DNA of 64,000 nucleotides from Geosiphon pyriformis uo1. Its lineage: Eukaryota; Fungi; Glomeromycota. The notes under the pieces are model-generated. The model saw nothing but the letters and a program-made list of their open reading frames with translations, did no database searches and was not told the DNA's origin. The stretch spans positions 467 to 64,466 of the forward strand of contig JAAOMT010000419.1 in assembly GCA_016748015.1 (NCBI GenBank). Direction: 5' to 3'. This document shows, one piece after another, positions 62,701-64,000 of this stretch; the stretch's first letter is position 1, and the number at the start of each line of letters is the position of its first letter. Both the position numbers and the translations under genes were made by a program.

Positions 62701-64000
62701 TTCTCATATTCTTCTTCAGATGAAATGCAGGCTCCCATTAATGATAGTTTCTTGTGGCAGTCCTTATATTTAAGGGGAATATAGGGGCGTTGTTTCCTTG
62801 GTTCGGGTTTTGAGTAAGGTATATTCCATCCAAAGGTTTCGGGTTTAGTGTGTGGGGTAAAATGTTCTTGTTCTGTTTCATCGGCCCAGTTGGACGTTGA
62901 TCCAAGAGCCATAAATGTTTTGATTATTGGTTTTTTTTCTTCTGGTTCAAATTCAAAAGCCGGGGCTTTTTCAGAGCATTTGTTGAATGTACCACAAATG
63001 GCAGGTACCCAGACGTGTTATCCTTGGTAGGAGATTGTTAACTCTTGTGTTTCCCAATTCAGATTAGCATTGGCTTTTTAAAACCAATCATTTCCGACAA
63101 GAGCTTGGTACTGGGGTGTGTCTATTACAAAAACTTTGACTGGAATGATGATTCCATCAAGAGTAAATGGAAAATTGTCAATTTCTCCTACTGGGGTCTT
63201 TTTCATGCTATCGGCAGTGACGATTACTGTTTGAGCTGGTCAGTCGACATTTCTTTTCAACTGTTGCATTAACTGGTAGGTAATAATGCTTCCAGCAGAT
63301 CCACTGTCTAAGATCAAGCGAATTGGCTTTCCTTCTACTTCAGCTTCTGTGTACATTGCAGTGATGGCTTTTTGCTCATTAGCCACTGCATTGCTAAGCA
63401 AGAATGGTGATTCATTTGCTTCAAATTCAAAAGGAAAGATATCAGAGAGATTGGCATTTTCAGCAATTCAGGCTGGTGGAATAGTGGTGTGGTTATGAGA
63501 AGAGTTTCGTTGTTGTTGTACTGCAGCTCTACCTTCTGAGAGTGCAGTATGATGAAAATCCTGTTCTTCTGGCATTGTTAAATAACTGGGTTGAGTGTGG
63601 TAATGGTTGGGTCTTGGTTGAATGGTATTTTGGAAAACCAATTAGTTGTTCGAACTGATTCTATTGTTGTTTATTTGGTATTGGTTTTGTGGTGTGAATT
63701 GATTTTGTGTAATCAGTCTTTGAGCAGGTACTTGATAATGTTGTGTGGGTGGTTGTTGGTATTGCTGTTGGATTGGTTGTGAGGCGGGCTGATAATAGTT
63801 ATTTTGGTATTGGGGTCTTGGTGGATAGTAAGCTGGTGGTGATGGTTGATAATAAGATTGCTGTGGTGGAGAGTAACGTTAATTACCCCTATTTTGTTGG
63901 TCTCATTGCAGCTTTCTGCAATCTCTTTTTCAGTGGCCAGAGATTCCACAGTAATGGCAATTCTGGGGCTGGTTATTGGAAAGTGGTGCAAAGTTATTTT
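59775..64000 (-). pseudogene. Gypsy-2 gag(end)-PR-Cys-rich-dUTPase-RT-RNase H
   Basis: dUTPase motifs AGYDL, ASQSSL, GIIDAGY, IAQAI, RGTQGFGSTG; RT VMPFGL and YLDD; RNase H ends NIDCLSQMRQD*. Confidence 0.92.

Larger units (their letters stand above)
56268..64000 (-). mobile_element. Gypsy-2: second, divergent Ty3/Gypsy dUTPase element; 5' part outside window
   Basis: Gag Zn knuckle CHYCGISGH, protease LILDSGSAGS, dUTPase, RT YLDD, RNase H, integrase, PPT GAGGAGGAGG, 3' LTR. Confidence 0.95.

Overview
Eukaryotic, very AT-rich, transposon-dense scaffold segment with spliceosomal introns, four N gaps and residual Nextera/Tn5 adapter. Gene and TE content resembles Glomeromycotina fungi, e.g. 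Geosiphon/Ambispora-like (inference, not provable here). The left 21 kb holds one intact intron-containing BTB/POZ gene, plus decayed genes: a cytochrome P450, two copies of a kelch-like single-pass membrane protein, a possible PD-(D/E)xK-like ORF, and Mutator and Tc1 transposase remnants. The right 43 kb is a nested TE stack: an almost GC-free FAR1/MULE relic, then three co-oriented RNase H-bearing APE-LINEs. Two of these LINEs are interrupted by Ty3/Gypsy elements of two divergent families (one complete, 30920-41084, with 879-bp LTRs and a 4-bp TSD; one running off the window). Main observations: (1) both Gypsy families end Gag-Pol right after RNase H and encode integrase as a separate ATG-initiated ORF in the +1 frame, followed by a third non-env ORF; both also carry a conserved Cys-rich module and a dUTPase between protease and RT. 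(2) Two different LINEs appear to have inserted sequentially at one target site (TSD seen three times). (3) Repeats show pervasive, largely non-CpG C>T/G>A hypermutation resembling RIP, with a few CpG-rich palindromic islands spared.
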